The notes under the pieces were generated by a model. The model did not search any database, was not told the DNA's origin, and saw only the letters and a list, made by a program, of their open reading frames with translations. A program made the position numbers and the translations under genes. A stretch of DNA of 64,000 bases from an uncultured Candidatus Bathyarchaeia archaeon (GTDB lineage Archaea > Thermoproteota > Bathyarchaeia > Bathyarchaeales > DTEX01). Where the stretch lies: contig CAYXIF010000002.1 in NCBI GenBank assembly GCA_964465575.1, forward strand, positions 10,824 to 74,823, written 5' to 3'. Within the stretch, counting starts at the first letter, position 1; every line of letters starts with the position of its first letter. This document shows positions 1-9,922 of this stretch, piece after piece.

Positions 1-459
1 GCACATCTCAGCTTCCTTGACGTTACCCTTCCTGAGGAGATCGAGGACGCGGCGTCTTAGCTCGCCCACCACGTCGGCTAAGCCCAAGACGTACGATGTC
101 ATCCGTACATTCACGTCACGGAAGCCTATGAAACATCCCTTGTCGACCAATGCAAGCAACACCTGGGCTTCTGTATACTCTTGGAGAGCGGCGTCAACAG
201 ATCCCGTGTGAGAAAGGTCTGGGTAGCTAAGAGATAGCTGGTCTAGCTTGGCGAAGATCTTTTCGGCTTCGGCTAATGTGTTCTTGGCTTCTGACAGCTT
301 GTCTTTATGAACCATGAAGATGGCCTGTTTAGATAGCCTTGTGGCTTTACGCATTGCCGTCTGGACCTCTTGGTGGGCTTGGTCTCTCTTGACTAGCTCG
401 TCTTGGATCTCTCTCAGGATATCGCTTAGGGACATCGATACCACTCTTCTGCGGGTCAT
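1..459 (-). CDS. Translin-family protein (partial; C-terminus runs off the window start)
   Basis: Absent from the ORF track because there is no stop in the window. ATG at 459..457. Translation is MTRRRVVSMSLSDILREIQDELVKRDQAHQEV...SYVLGLADVVGELRRRVLDLLRKG. The Y-x-x-G-x-x-D-x-x-GEL-R-R segment is typical of translin/TRAX proteins. Confidence 0.6.
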   Translation of the reverse strand, partial: MTRRRVVSMSLSDILREIQDELVKRDQAHQEVQTAMRKATRLSKQAIFMVHKDKLSEAKNTLAEAEKIFAKLDQLSLSYPDLSHTGSVDAALQEYTEAQVLLALVDKGCFIGFRDVNVRMTSYVLGLADVVGELRRRVLDLLRKGNVKEAEMC

Positions 460-525
460 GGCAACAACCGAGTTGCGAGACCTTCTATAATAGAACAACA
501 ATATTTAAAACCTCTCTCTTTTCAC

Positions 526-2001
526 TTGTCCGTTTCCGACAAAGTCCATAAGACGGCAGCTGCAATAGCTTCGCTCGAGTCAAACGACACTGCTCTCCTT
601 AGAACTGCCGAGGTTGAGAACTTGACTTTTCGGTCTAGAGTGCGAAGTCTGCCTAGTGCCATGATTGTCGCGGGGTCGGACAGCGGCGGTGGAGCTGGCG
701 CCATAGCTGACATCAAAACCTTCTCTGCACTTGGCGTCTTTGGCACGTGTGCCCTAACGGCGGTTACGGCTCAGAACACTCGTGGCGTGCTTGAGATCCA
801 CGCTGTGCCCCCGGAAGTCGTCAGGAAACAAATGGTAGCGGTCTTAGAGGACATACCCATGAAGGTTGTCAAAACTGGTATGTTGTATTCGGAAGAGACG
901 GTCGAGGTTGTCGCCGCGACCATCAGCAAGTACGAACTTAGAGTCGTTGTGGATCCAGTGATTTGCGCTGGCACTGGTGACCCCTTGATCTCTCAGGAAG
1001 GGAGAGAAGCTCTGGTTAGGCTACTTGTCCCTTTGGCCTCTGTGGTCACTCCTAATGTGCCTGAAGCTGAAACAATCGCCAATGTTCGCATCAAAGAGCT
1101 AGACGACATGAAAGACGCGGCGCAGCGGATAGCGGAACTTGGCGCCGAAGCGGTCATCGTGAAAGGCGGTCACATAGTTCAACAGCGCGGGAGGGTCTAT
1201 GATGTCTTCTACAATAATGAGCGGTTCGAGGTATTCGAGAAGCGGCGCCTGAGAACGCAGCCGCACGGCAGCGGATGCGTCTTTTCAGCGGCAATGGCTG
1301 CCAATCTAGCTAAGGGCTTAGATCCAGCTGAAGCCGCCAAGAAGACTGAAGAACTCGTCGAGACCAGCATCAAGCACTCGTTCAAAGTTGGTAGCGGAAG
1401 AGTTCCAGTCAACCCAATGGCCTGCCTCTACAACGATGCGGAGAAGTTCCGAACCCTCGCCGAAGTTGAGGAAGCTGCGGAATCGATCGAAGCCAGCTCA
1501 GAGTTCTTGCCCTTCATCGCAGAGGTCGGCACCCAAATTGCCATGGCTCTCCCGTTTGCGTCGAGCAACAAAGATGTTGCGGCCATCGAAGGCAGGATCG
1601 GCAAGTTCCGCGGCAGACCGAAAGCGGTAGGATCAGCGAAGTTCGGCGCCTCAAGACACGTTGCCAACATGGTCCTGACGGCGATGAAACTCAACCCAGA
1701 AATAAGGGCTGCTTTCAATCTTCATTACGACCCTCAGCTGGTTGAAGCCTTCAGGAAGACTGGCTGCAAGACGTCGAGCTTCGACAGAAGACTCGAACCC
1801 AAAGAAACAAAAGCGGTTGAAGGAAGGACGCTTTCTTGGGGGACAAGGATGGCGATCCAAAGCCTCGGCGAAGTGCCTGACATCATATATGACGAAGGCG
1901 ATGTTGGGAAGGAGCCTATGATACGGCTCCTAGGAAGGTCAGCTACAGAAGCAGTCGGCAAAGCACAGCAAGCGATAAAATGGTGCCGCTTGCGTGGCTA
2001 G
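526..2001 (+). CDS. thiDN: Bifunctional ThiD-ThiN (hydroxymethylpyrimidine/phosphomethylpyrimidine kinase fused to a ThiN-type thiamine-phosphate synthase domain)
   Basis: The N-terminal half has [24 protein letters not shown] and VVDPV, which are ThiD/PfkB-type. The C-terminal ~170 aa ([12 protein letters not shown]...[17 protein letters not shown]) looks ThiN-like. The start is uncertain: the track uses TTG at 526, and in-frame GTG at 640 or ATG at 661 would give a typical ThiD N-terminus. A TATA-like ATATTTAAAA sits at 501..510. Confidence 0.85.
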   Translation: MSVSDKVHKTAAAIASLESNDTALLRTAEVENLTFRSRVRSLPSAMIVAGSDSGGGAGAIADIKTFSALGVFGTCALTAVTAQNTRGVLEIHAVPPEVVRKQMVAVLEDIPMKVVKTGMLYSEETVEVVAATISKYELRVVVDPVICAGTGDPLISQEGREALVRLLVPLASVVTPNVPEAETIANVRIKELDDMKDAAQRIAELGAEAVIVKGGHIVQQRGRVYDVFYNNERFEVFEKRRLRTQPHGSGCVFSAAMAANLAKGLDPAEAAKKTEELVETSIKHSFKVGSGRVPVNPMACLYNDAEKFRTLAEVEEAAESIEASSEFLPFIAEVGTQIAMALPFASSNKDVAAIEGRIGKFRGRPKAVGSAKFGASRHVANMVLTAMKLNPEIRAAFNLHYDPQLVEAFRKTGCKTSSFDRRLEPKETKAVEGRTLSWGTRMAIQSLGEVPDIIYDEGDVGKEPMIRLLGRSATEAVGKAQQAIKWCRLRG

Positions 2002-2037
2002 ACACAGTTAGGGTCACATTGGGCCTCAGTCTTCTTG

Positions 2038-3591
2038 TCAGTAACTGCCTGTCCAGCAGTACAGACAGAGGTCTTCTCTCTTGAGCCCTTGGTTGTTAGG
2101 TGCTTCGATAACAGCCTTGACCAAGCCTTCTAGTGTTTGGAACTTCAGTGTCGTGAAGCCGATCATCTCCCTGATCTCTTCAACCATTGTCTTGTACTCT
2201 TCGCTGTTCGGCTCGAGGAACCTATCTATGTCTTTCCCGTTTTCGATCGATGCAATTGCCTTGCATGTTGCCAAATCTTTGACTTTTGTGCCGAGATCAA
2301 AGATGCAGGGATACATCTGAGGTGGAGACGCTATACGACCATGGACCTCCTTTGGCTCGTAGGGCAGAATCTTCTCTCTCACTAAGTCTCGAAGTTGCGT
2401 GCCTCTTCTAATCGAATCGTCGACCAGAACCAATCTCTTCTTTTTTATGATCTGAGGGTTCGGTATTTGCTTGTACCTTGCGATGAGTTCCCTAGTTTCT
2501 GGGCTGGGCGGTATATAGCTTCTTCCCCAACCTGGCGTATACTTGACCAAGGACCGACGTATCGGTGGCACCGACCTAAGGGTCGCGGTCACTAGTCTTT
2601 CAAATGCCTTCATGTTCATTCTTCCTTGTTTGAGATCTTCCACGGCACTACTGATCTTCTCTTGGGCCAGCTCAATCTTTCTTTTTACGTAGCCGATGGA
2701 GTGGGGAAAACCCGAGTCAGCTATTCCCATCACAAAGTCTGCTTCTATGTCGTCGTTCTCTGCGAGGAAACCGCCGCATCTTTCTCTCACAATTTCGGCA
2801 TTGATTCCGTAGTAGTCGGATGCTGGGAAACCGAAGTACACGTGAAGGAATGGACAGAACTTTTTCTTGCCTCTGGTGTTAACCCTCGCTTTGATGCCAG
2901 ATTCGCAGACCGAGGTGATCTCTCGATATTCGAGAGGCTTGTACACCTCGAACCCAAGGTTCGGAAAAGCGCTCGTCTCCGATGCCACAGCCCAGTCTTC
3001 GCCTCTGTTGCCTAGTACAAGGGGGAAGGCGCCGCCGCACGCGTATATACTCTTGTCTTCCTCCGAGAGGAGGAGCAATGAGATAGAGCCATCGATCTTC
3101 TCGTACATTCGCTCGATTCCGTCAACGACGTTCTTTCCCCTGCTTACTAGCTCGCCAGCAATCTCTGTCTGGTTCAGAACTGTCTTTCCTGATCTAGTCC
3201 GGGATCTCTTGAATGTTGCTCCGTTTCCGATTAGTTCGGAGTAGAGTTCTTTGGCGTTTCCTATGAAGCCAGCTGTGCAGAGTGCGAAGGCTCCGATCCT
3301 CGATTCGAACCTGAGAGGCTGTTCCTCCTGCACATTGCTTATGACGCCTATGCCTAGTGTCCCCTTGATCCTTCCTTGGTCCTTGTGGAACTCAGACTTG
3401 AACTGGCTGTTGCTTATGTCTCGGGAAATAAGTCTTATGTTTCCGTCGAGAAAAGCCAAGCCACCGACTTCGGTTCCCAAATGAGAGTGGTAATCGATCC
3501 CGAAGAACAGGTCCGTCGAGAGATGACCCTTCGAGTAAACCCCGAACAGACCACCCAACATCCCTAAAAGCCTCCGGGTAGAACCATCCAT
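2038..3591 (-). CDS. Amidophosphoribosyltransferase (PurF)-like protein lacking the N-terminal nucleophile Cys
   Basis: Has the PRPP-binding motif LVLVDDSIRRGTQL. PurF-type Fe-S ligand contexts are present: FCPFLHVYFGFPASD, YPCIFDLG and CLYCWTGSY at the C-terminus. The N-terminus reads ..GMLGGLFGV where PurF has M-C-G-[IV]-x-G. Confidence 0.75.
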   Translation of the reverse strand: MDGSTRRLLGMLGGLFGVYSKGHLSTDLFFGIDYHSHLGTEVGGLAFLDGNIRLISRDISNSQFKSEFHKDQGRIKGTLGIGVISNVQEEQPLRFESRIGAFALCTAGFIGNAKELYSELIGNGATFKRSRTRSGKTVLNQTEIAGELVSRGKNVVDGIERMYEKIDGSISLLLLSEEDKSIYACGGAFPLVLGNRGEDWAVASETSAFPNLGFEVYKPLEYREITSVCESGIKARVNTRGKKKFCPFLHVYFGFPASDYYGINAEIVRERCGGFLAENDDIEADFVMGIADSGFPHSIGYVKRKIELAQEKISSAVEDLKQGRMNMKAFERLVTATLRSVPPIRRSLVKYTPGWGRSYIPPSPETRELIARYKQIPNPQIIKKKRLVLVDDSIRRGTQLRDLVREKILPYEPKEVHGRIASPPQMYPCIFDLGTKVKDLATCKAIASIENGKDIDRFLEPNSEEYKTMVEEIREMIGFTTLKFQTLEGLVKAVIEAPNNQGLKREDLCLYCWTGSY

Positions 3592-3626
3592 GAACCATGT
3601 ATAAACGGCTTTTGCACAAATCTATA

Positions 3627-4670
3627 TCAATGGGCTTTTCCAGGATTCGCAAGGACCTCCTCAGCAATCGCTTCACCCATTTCCTGCGTCGTCGAGTTGC
3701 CTCCCAGATCGTATGTTCGGACCTTGCCGTCTCGCAGGACTTCAGTGACAGCGTCTTCGATGGTTCTTGCGGTCTCGGTCTCGCCGAGGAATTCTGTCAT
3801 CATCTTTGCGGCTAGGATCATCGCAACAGGGTTTACCTTGTTCTTTCCCGCGTGCTTAGGTGCAGAACCGTGAACAGGCTCGAACATCCCATAGCCGTTG
3901 CCGACATTGGCTGCCGCCACAAGACCCAGTCCGCCCACAAGCTGGGCTGCCTCGTCCGATAAGATGTCACCGAACATGTTTGTGGTGATGATGACGTCAA
4001 ACTTCTCGGGTTCCTTCACAAGTCTCATAGCCATGGCATCGATGTGGTCTTCGTCCACGCTGACGGACAGGTAGTTCTCTGCGACCTTGAATACAGCAGC
4101 CCTAAAGATGCCGTCCGTCACTCTCAAGATATTTCTCTTGTGTACGCATGTCACATGCTTCCTTCGGTTCAATGCCAGTTCGAAGCCGATCTTGGCTATC
4201 CTTTCCGAAGCTTCCTTTGTGACCACTCTTAAAGCAATGCCTTTTCCTGGCGAGATCTCATATTCCTTGCCGAAGTAGAGCCCTTCAGTGTTCTCCCTGA
4301 CAATCACAAGGTCTATGTTAGGTTTGAGTGCATTGACTCCCAGCATCGTCTTGCAGGGTCTTATGTTGGCATATAAATTGAAGGCTTTCCTGAGTGTCAC
4401 AGCGACGCTAGGCGGAGAGCCAGATTCTTCTGGCGTGGTCATCGGACCCTTGAGGCAGGCGTCAGTCTCATTCAGCATGGCCAGGGTCTCGGGTGGCAGA
4501 TTCGTGCCATACTTCTCCATGCAGTTGTGCCCCGCCTCTCCGTAGGCCAGCGATAGCTTTAGGTCTTTCTTGGCTTTTTGGGCAGCTTCTAGGACTTTGA
4601 CGGCGGCAGCTGTGACTTCTGGTCCTATGCCATCACCTGGAAGAACAGCGATCTTGTGGACCCTTGACAC
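3627..4670 (-). CDS. Isopropylmalate/homoisocitrate/isocitrate (beta-decarboxylating) dehydrogenase family protein
   Basis: Has KIAVLPGDGIGPEV at the N-terminus, IVRENTEGLY, and NMFGDILSDEAAQLVGGLG. These are the family signature motifs. Confidence 0.85.
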   Translation of the reverse strand: MSRVHKIAVLPGDGIGPEVTAAAVKVLEAAQKAKKDLKLSLAYGEAGHNCMEKYGTNLPPETLAMLNETDACLKGPMTTPEESGSPPSVAVTLRKAFNLYANIRPCKTMLGVNALKPNIDLVIVRENTEGLYFGKEYEISPGKGIALRVVTKEASERIAKIGFELALNRRKHVTCVHKRNILRVTDGIFRAAVFKVAENYLSVSVDEDHIDAMAMRLVKEPEKFDVIITTNMFGDILSDEAAQLVGGLGLVAAANVGNGYGMFEPVHGSAPKHAGKNKVNPVAMILAAKMMTEFLGETETARTIEDAVTEVLRDGKVRTYDLGGNSTTQEMGEAIAEEVLANPGKAH

Positions 4671-4677
4671 CGAGATT

Positions 4678-6783
4678 TCACCCCTCGACTAGGACGCTGA
4701 ACCTCCATTTAGGCGCGTCAAGCTTGCATTCTTGGCCGGCGTCTGTTTGGGCAATAGAGATTTGCTTGCTTGAAATGATGTCGCTGACCTTCTTTGCCCC
4801 GAAGAACCTCGATCTGAATCTAAGGTAGACGGCATCGTGAGTCACCGGGAAGAAGACGAAAACCACTTTCTTCCCGGCTGATTCTCCGTACTTGAGGTGG
4901 ACGAATGAGTTCTTGTTCGGCTTCGGCGATAACACCTCGACCTCAGGTTTCCAGCCTGCCCCGCGAGCGATGAGCTCGACGAACCTTTCGAAATCGGCAG
5001 TCCAACTCCTTAAGTAAGGGTCGCCCAAGTAAGCGCCGCACAGGATCATCTTTCCCTTGCCCACGGGCACCTCCGTTATGAGAGCTCCATCCTGATTCTC
5101 TGCCAAGACTTTAGCGGTACCTTTCTGCCAAGGTGTTAGCCATTGCGTTACTCCTAGGTTTAGTTCTTCGCCATCGATCTTTGCCCTGATGGACTCAACA
5201 GCCAGGTTGCGCCGTCCGAGCTCCCGAATGCCGCCGAGCCGTGAAGTAAAGCGGTCTGGCGGGTACCGGTACAGTCCTTCGTTGTTGAAGGCCCCGCATT
5301 CTGACTCGCAGATGAGGGCTCCTCCTCCTTTGACGAAGTCCGCAAGCTTCCCTTCGGCTTTTTCGCCGACGACTATGGTCCTAGGCAAGAAGAGTGCCTT
5401 GAGTCCGGGCAAGACATCAAGGTGTTCTTCTTCAACAACAAGGTAGGGTATGCAGCGTCGTATCAGACTGCGCGCATAGCCTAGCAAGGCCCGCATCATA
5501 CGGTCAGAGTTGCCCTCTTGAGCCCAGTTCAGATAGTATGTTTGTGGACTGAACATAATGCCGACTTCAGGCTTCGCGGACTTGTAGCCTGCAATGAGGT
5601 CGCCGTGCTTTTTGACTATTTCGCCCGTCACTTTCATGGCGGCTAACCGTTCTTCGGCTAAGCCGTCGTCTCCCGCGATGCCGAACCCAGCCGATTCGCG
5701 CCCGAAGACTTCGTCCCGCCAGCACCAGAAAAGTATTGTGTCAGCTCCACATGCGATGCCATTCCAGATCCAGCGTTGCTGGGACAGAGCGTCTACTGGC
5801 AGGTAGATGTTGTAGCCTATGGCTGCCCGTCCACCCTGAACCTCGCTTAGCCAGACTGCCTTGTCCCTTCCTGCAGACTTGACGAACTCAACGCGTATGG
5901 CGAAATCCGCATCGTCCATACCGGCCCACTTCGGGAAGCTTGAACAGCCAACGCCGTCCAGATCGTCGGCGTAGAACCAGTCGTTCCCTCTGTTCACAGC
6001 ATGGTCATACGTGCCTCCCACGGTCAATGCGCTTGGCGAAGCTGCGTGTACGGTGATCGGGTGATTTGGATCTAGAGCCTTCATGAGCTGGTATCTTGCC
6101 TTTGCGTGCTGGTTCGCCCGCCAAGTGATGAAGTGCTCGAAGGTCATCATCTCCGTGTACGGGCGGTCTGGAAGCTTGCCCGGCATGACGTCTTCCCAAG
6201 AGCCGTACCGCCGCTTCCAAGCCTTGTTCAACCCATCAAGCCCGCCATACTTGTCGTCTAACCATTTTCTGTATGCAGCAAGAGTGCGATTGCAGAAGCA
6301 CACAAGCCCGTCTGCTTGTACGTTCCAGCGGAGTTCGTTCCAAGCGTCCCATCCTCGCAGACTCGGCGACAATCGGTACCGAGTCACCACTTGTGTAAGA
6401 AAGACCTTCATCCTTTGCCAGACGCCAACATGATCGGTGCAGCCTCCCGGCGTTAGGCCAAAGTGACATTCGTTGCGGTTTGACGAGACGACCTTGTGCC
6501 CTATGTGATCAACCATTTCGCTGCCGGGGACCATGCGATGAATCCAGTAGGGCTGAACCTCGGCGATGGCGCTGAGGATCAGGCCTAGATCGTTCTTTTC
6601 GGCTAGCTCGACTAGGCTGTCGTAGTCATCGAAGATGAACTCCCCAGGCTTTGGCTCAACCCAGCTCCACAAGATCCAGAGCTGAACAGTATCTAGCCCA
6701 GACTCCTTTATCCGGGCAAAGTCATTCGCCCAATATTTTCCCTCGGGAAAAGGAGGCCGGTAGTACTGTACACCAAGGTTCAT
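4678..6783 (-). CDS. Glycoside hydrolase family 42 beta-galactosidase
   Basis: 701 aa. The N-terminus GVQYYRPPFPEGKYWANDFARIKESGLDTVQLWILWSWVEPKPGEF is GH42-like. AWNE marks the acid/base region and VWLSEVQGG the nucleophile region. Length is typical of GH42. Confidence 0.85.
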   Translation of the reverse strand: MNLGVQYYRPPFPEGKYWANDFARIKESGLDTVQLWILWSWVEPKPGEFIFDDYDSLVELAEKNDLGLILSAIAEVQPYWIHRMVPGSEMVDHIGHKVVSSNRNECHFGLTPGGCTDHVGVWQRMKVFLTQVVTRYRLSPSLRGWDAWNELRWNVQADGLVCFCNRTLAAYRKWLDDKYGGLDGLNKAWKRRYGSWEDVMPGKLPDRPYTEMMTFEHFITWRANQHAKARYQLMKALDPNHPITVHAASPSALTVGGTYDHAVNRGNDWFYADDLDGVGCSSFPKWAGMDDADFAIRVEFVKSAGRDKAVWLSEVQGGRAAIGYNIYLPVDALSQQRWIWNGIACGADTILFWCWRDEVFGRESAGFGIAGDDGLAEERLAAMKVTGEIVKKHGDLIAGYKSAKPEVGIMFSPQTYYLNWAQEGNSDRMMRALLGYARSLIRRCIPYLVVEEEHLDVLPGLKALFLPRTIVVGEKAEGKLADFVKGGGALICESECGAFNNEGLYRYPPDRFTSRLGGIRELGRRNLAVESIRAKIDGEELNLGVTQWLTPWQKGTAKVLAENQDGALITEVPVGKGKMILCGAYLGDPYLRSWTADFERFVELIARGAGWKPEVEVLSPKPNKNSFVHLKYGESAGKKVVFVFFPVTHDAVYLRFRSRFFGAKKVSDIISSKQISIAQTDAGQECKLDAPKWRFSVLVEG

Positions 6784-6946
6784 ACAGTCACTCCCTTACT
6801 TAATGCGGTCTTGCTTCTTCTAATGCCTCTAGAGTAATAGGTCGTCGAAGGTACTTCGGTTCTGGGCTATTTGTTCCTTTCGCTGCAAAGACTAAAATAA
6901 GGGTTGCCATGAAATCTAGAGTGCCACATTCTAGGTAAGAGGGCGC

Positions 6947-8044
6947 TTGACGTTGGATCTTGAGGAGCGACTGAGCCTAGTATTACGAAACACCGAGGAA
7001 GTTGTGACGCCAGAAGAGATACGCAACCTACTAGAAACCAAAACTGAACCTAAGGCCTACTGGGGTTTCGAGTGCTCGGGGTTCATGCATGTTGGGATAG
7101 GTCTGGTTCCTGGAGCCAAGATAAGAGACATGGTCAAAGCTGGTTTCAACTTCACGATCTTCTTGGCTGACTGGCATAGCTGGATCAACAACAAGCTCGA
7201 CGGGGACATGGACAACATACGTGCATGCGGAGAATACTTCAGGCACTGTTTCGAGGCTCTAGGCGTCGTCTCCGACAAGACAAAGATCGTATGGGCTGCG
7301 GAGATAGCTGAAGATATAGGATACTGGGAGAGGGTTGTTAGGATTGCAAAGGCTTCGTCTTTGGCGAGAGTTCGCAGGGCATTAACAATCATGGGACGCG
7401 AGCTAGACGCGTCAGATATCGAAACAGCATGGGTCCTATACCCGTGCATGCAGGCGTCTGATATCTTCCACTTGGACCTCGACGTGGCCGCAGGAGGCAT
7501 GGATCAGAGAAAGGCTCACATGCTAGCCCGTGACAGCGCCGACAAGCTGGGTTGGAAGAAGCCCTCATGCGTGCACACGCCCTTGGTGTCGGGGTTGCAG
7601 AAACCCGAGATCGTCGAAGCCGAAAGGAAGTTTGACGAGGATGCAGCTCTAAGTCGCAAGATCAGCGCCAAGATGTCTAAGAGCAAGCCAGAGAGCTGCA
7701 TCTTTGTCCACGACACACCAAAAGACGTCAAGTTCAAGATGAGGAATGCTTACTGCCCGCCGAAGGAAGCCGAAGGGAACCCCGTTCTCGAATTTGCCCA
7801 GTACGTAGTCTTTCCGGCCCTAGGAAGTCTAGAGGTTCCGCGCCCCCCCAAATACGGCGGGAAAATAGGTTTCGAGAGTTACGAAGCCCTCAGAGAAGCC
7901 TATCTCAAGGGAGCTGTTCATCCGTTGGACTTGAAGAACGGTGTTGCAGAGGCGCTGCTGCGACTCTTGAAACCTGTGAGGGAACACTTCAAGAGGAACC
8001 CTGAGCCACTGGAACGAATGAGACGGATAGAGACCACAAGATAG
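6947..8044 (+). CDS. tyrS: Tyrosyl-tRNA synthetase (archaeal type, class I Tyr/Trp family)
   Basis: The KMSKS motif is present (SAKMSKSKPES). A HIGH-like region reads GFECSGFMHVGIG. ADWHSWINNK is typical of archaeal TyrRS. The start is TTG at 6947. Confidence 0.8.
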   Translation: MTLDLEERLSLVLRNTEEVVTPEEIRNLLETKTEPKAYWGFECSGFMHVGIGLVPGAKIRDMVKAGFNFTIFLADWHSWINNKLDGDMDNIRACGEYFRHCFEALGVVSDKTKIVWAAEIAEDIGYWERVVRIAKASSLARVRRALTIMGRELDASDIETAWVLYPCMQASDIFHLDLDVAAGGMDQRKAHMLARDSADKLGWKKPSCVHTPLVSGLQKPEIVEAERKFDEDAALSRKISAKMSKSKPESCIFVHDTPKDVKFKMRNAYCPPKEAEGNPVLEFAQYVVFPALGSLEVPRPPKYGGKIGFESYEALREAYLKGAVHPLDLKNGVAEALLRLLKPVREHFKRNPEPLERMRRIETTR

Positions 8045-8102
8045 GCTTATTTCATAAAAAGCCCATAGCAATGTCTGTCCGAAACTCATTGAGGTGGTGG
8101 AC

Positions 8103-8789
8103 ATGTTGTCAGATCTTCAAATAGTAGAGAGGTACAAGAGGATAAGGGTTGCTGACGTTGTGGATGCGTTGGACCGCTATGGGTTTCATGACAGGCTCCT
8201 CATTTCCTCTGAGATAAGGCCTCTGTTTCCGGGGATAAGGATGGCAGGTTACGCATTGACCGTGAACGCGACTAGGGTTCAGGAGGAGATTTCGACGATG
8301 ACTCCTGACGAATATGAAAAGTATGCTGATGACTGGTATAGAAACCAAGGAAACTATGATCACTTCATGAAGCTTGCTGGTCCGGGAGCCGTTCTTGTCG
8401 TGAACGTATCTGGCTACAACGACGTTGGCTTCTGGGGTTCAATGATAGGCTTAGTGGCGAAGAGTAAAGCTGTCGAAGGCATAGTCTTGGATGGTGGATG
8501 CAGAGACACTTGGGAGATTCAGCGCATCGGATTCCCCGTATTCTGCAGGGCAAAGGGCAGGACCGAGGTCATCGGCAGAGTTGAGGTCAAACCCGACAAT
8601 GTTAACGTTCCGGTCCTAATAGGCGGAGTGATCGTTAACCCGGGAGATGTGATTGTGGGAGACGATGATGGCGTTGTCGTCGTGCCCAGACGTATTGCTC
8701 CACAAGTCCTAGAAAGGGCGGAGAAACAGCTCGCCGTGGACAGGAAGGCTCAGAAGCCCTACTTGGACAAGATGGGGTTGGCTTTCTGA
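8103..8789 (+). CDS. RraA-family protein (HMG/CHA-aldolase or oxaloacetate-decarboxylase-like)
   Basis: Has VADVVDALDRYG...IRPLFPGIRMAGYALTV...DGGCRD...GDVIVGDDDGVVVVP. The ATG at 8103 is preceded by GAGGTGGTGG. The track ORF starts at GTG 8094. Confidence 0.75.
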   Translation: MLSDLQIVERYKRIRVADVVDALDRYGFHDRLLISSEIRPLFPGIRMAGYALTVNATRVQEEISTMTPDEYEKYADDWYRNQGNYDHFMKLAGPGAVLVVNVSGYNDVGFWGSMIGLVAKSKAVEGIVLDGGCRDTWEIQRIGFPVFCRAKGRTEVIGRVEVKPDNVNVPVLIGGVIVNPGDVIVGDDDGVVVVPRRIAPQVLERAEKQLAVDRKAQKPYLDKMGLAF

Positions 8790-8817
8790 GCTCGTCCCTT
8801 TATCAGCTAATGGAGGC

Positions 8818-9276
8818 ATGAAATGCTTGAGTTCTGAAGGGTTCAAACGTGTTGCGCAGATAGGAATCGTGGTTGCCAACATAGAGAAAACGCGGGCTAC
8901 GTGGGCGAAGCTCTTGGGCGTCAGTGAGCCGCCGATCATCGAGACCGAAGGCTGGGAGGGAACCCACATGATGTTCAATGGCAAGGTGTCGAACGCAAGA
9001 GCCAAACTGGCCTTCTTTAACCTCGAAAACATCGTCGTAGAGATCATCGAACCGATTGGCGGACCAAGCACTTGGCGAGACTCAGTCGACAAGCACGGCA
9101 ATGGCCTACACCATTTGGGCTTCAACATCTCGAACTTGGGAGAGACGCTCCAAAATCTCAGTGAAATGGGCATCGAAGTTGAGCAGAAAGGTGACTACAA
9201 AGGGGGCTGCTATGTCTACTTCGACTCTAGGGGCAAGCTGGGAGCCACAATTGAAGCGCTACACAAACATTGTTGA
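8818..9276 (+). CDS. VOC (glyoxalase / methylmalonyl-CoA epimerase-like) family protein
   Basis: Has VAQIGIVVANIEKTRATWAKLLGV and GLHHLGFNISNL. GGAGG lies 3 nt upstream of the ATG. Confidence 0.7.
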   Translation: MKCLSSEGFKRVAQIGIVVANIEKTRATWAKLLGVSEPPIIETEGWEGTHMMFNGKVSNARAKLAFFNLENIVVEIIEPIGGPSTWRDSVDKHGNGLHHLGFNISNLGETLQNLSEMGIEVEQKGDYKGGCYVYFDSRGKLGATIEALHKHC

Positions 9277-9313
9277 TTGGCGTCGAAACCCATTGACTAT
9301 GGAGGAAGAGTGA

Positions 9314-9745
9314 TTGGAGTACTTCACAACCCAGCAAGTAAGCAAAGCCTTCGTTGTCAGATTGGACCCGGGTGAATACGTGCTCGAAAGCATCAGAGAA
9401 CTCATCATCAAAGAGAACCTAAAGGACGCCGTTGTGCTTTCGGCAATCGGCACTCTGGACGAGTGCAGGCTTCATATGGTAGTGACTACGAAGTACCCAC
9501 CAGAGAACCGCTTTGAGCATTGGAAGGACAGACCTTTAGAGCTTGCCCATATTGGAGGCGTCATAGCCGACGGAGAACCTCACCTCCACTTAGTCGTCTC
9601 GGATCATGAGAAAGCGTACTTGGGACACTTGGAGGAAGGCTGCCGCGTGCTCTATCTGTGCGAACTGGTTATCATGGAGCTGAAGTCCCTCAACCTAAAG
9701 AGAGTTCGAGACGAGAAGAACATTCTTAGGCTCACAGGTAAGTAG
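9314..9745 (+). CDS. PPC (DUF296) domain protein
   Basis: Has VRLDPGEYVLESIRELIIKENLKDAVVLSAIGTL...GEPHLHLVVSD, typical of the PPC/DUF296 fold. The start is TTG. Confidence 0.6.
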   Translation: MEYFTTQQVSKAFVVRLDPGEYVLESIRELIIKENLKDAVVLSAIGTLDECRLHMVVTTKYPPENRFEHWKDRPLELAHIGGVIADGEPHLHLVVSDHEKAYLGHLEEGCRVLYLCELVIMELKSLNLKRVRDEKNILRLTGK

Positions 9746-9922
9746 TCTTCATCTAATGAATGGTCAGCGGCTGTCCCTTTAGTCTATGTGCCCTCCACGG
9801 CAGATGTGGAGCCTCCAGCCGTCAGGAACGGCCAAGATCCGACCTCCGTGCTCTGCAGCAAATTGATAAGTCGTATCAGAGCTGTAGTAGTCCAAACGTT
9901 CCGTGTGTAATGGTGGTGGGCC

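Noticed and set aside
460-660. TPP riboswitch upstream of thiDN.
   Set aside because: The leader is short and lacks the conserved CUGAGA / ACCUGAUCUGGAUAAUGCCAGCG-type elements. Only TATA-like boxes are visible.
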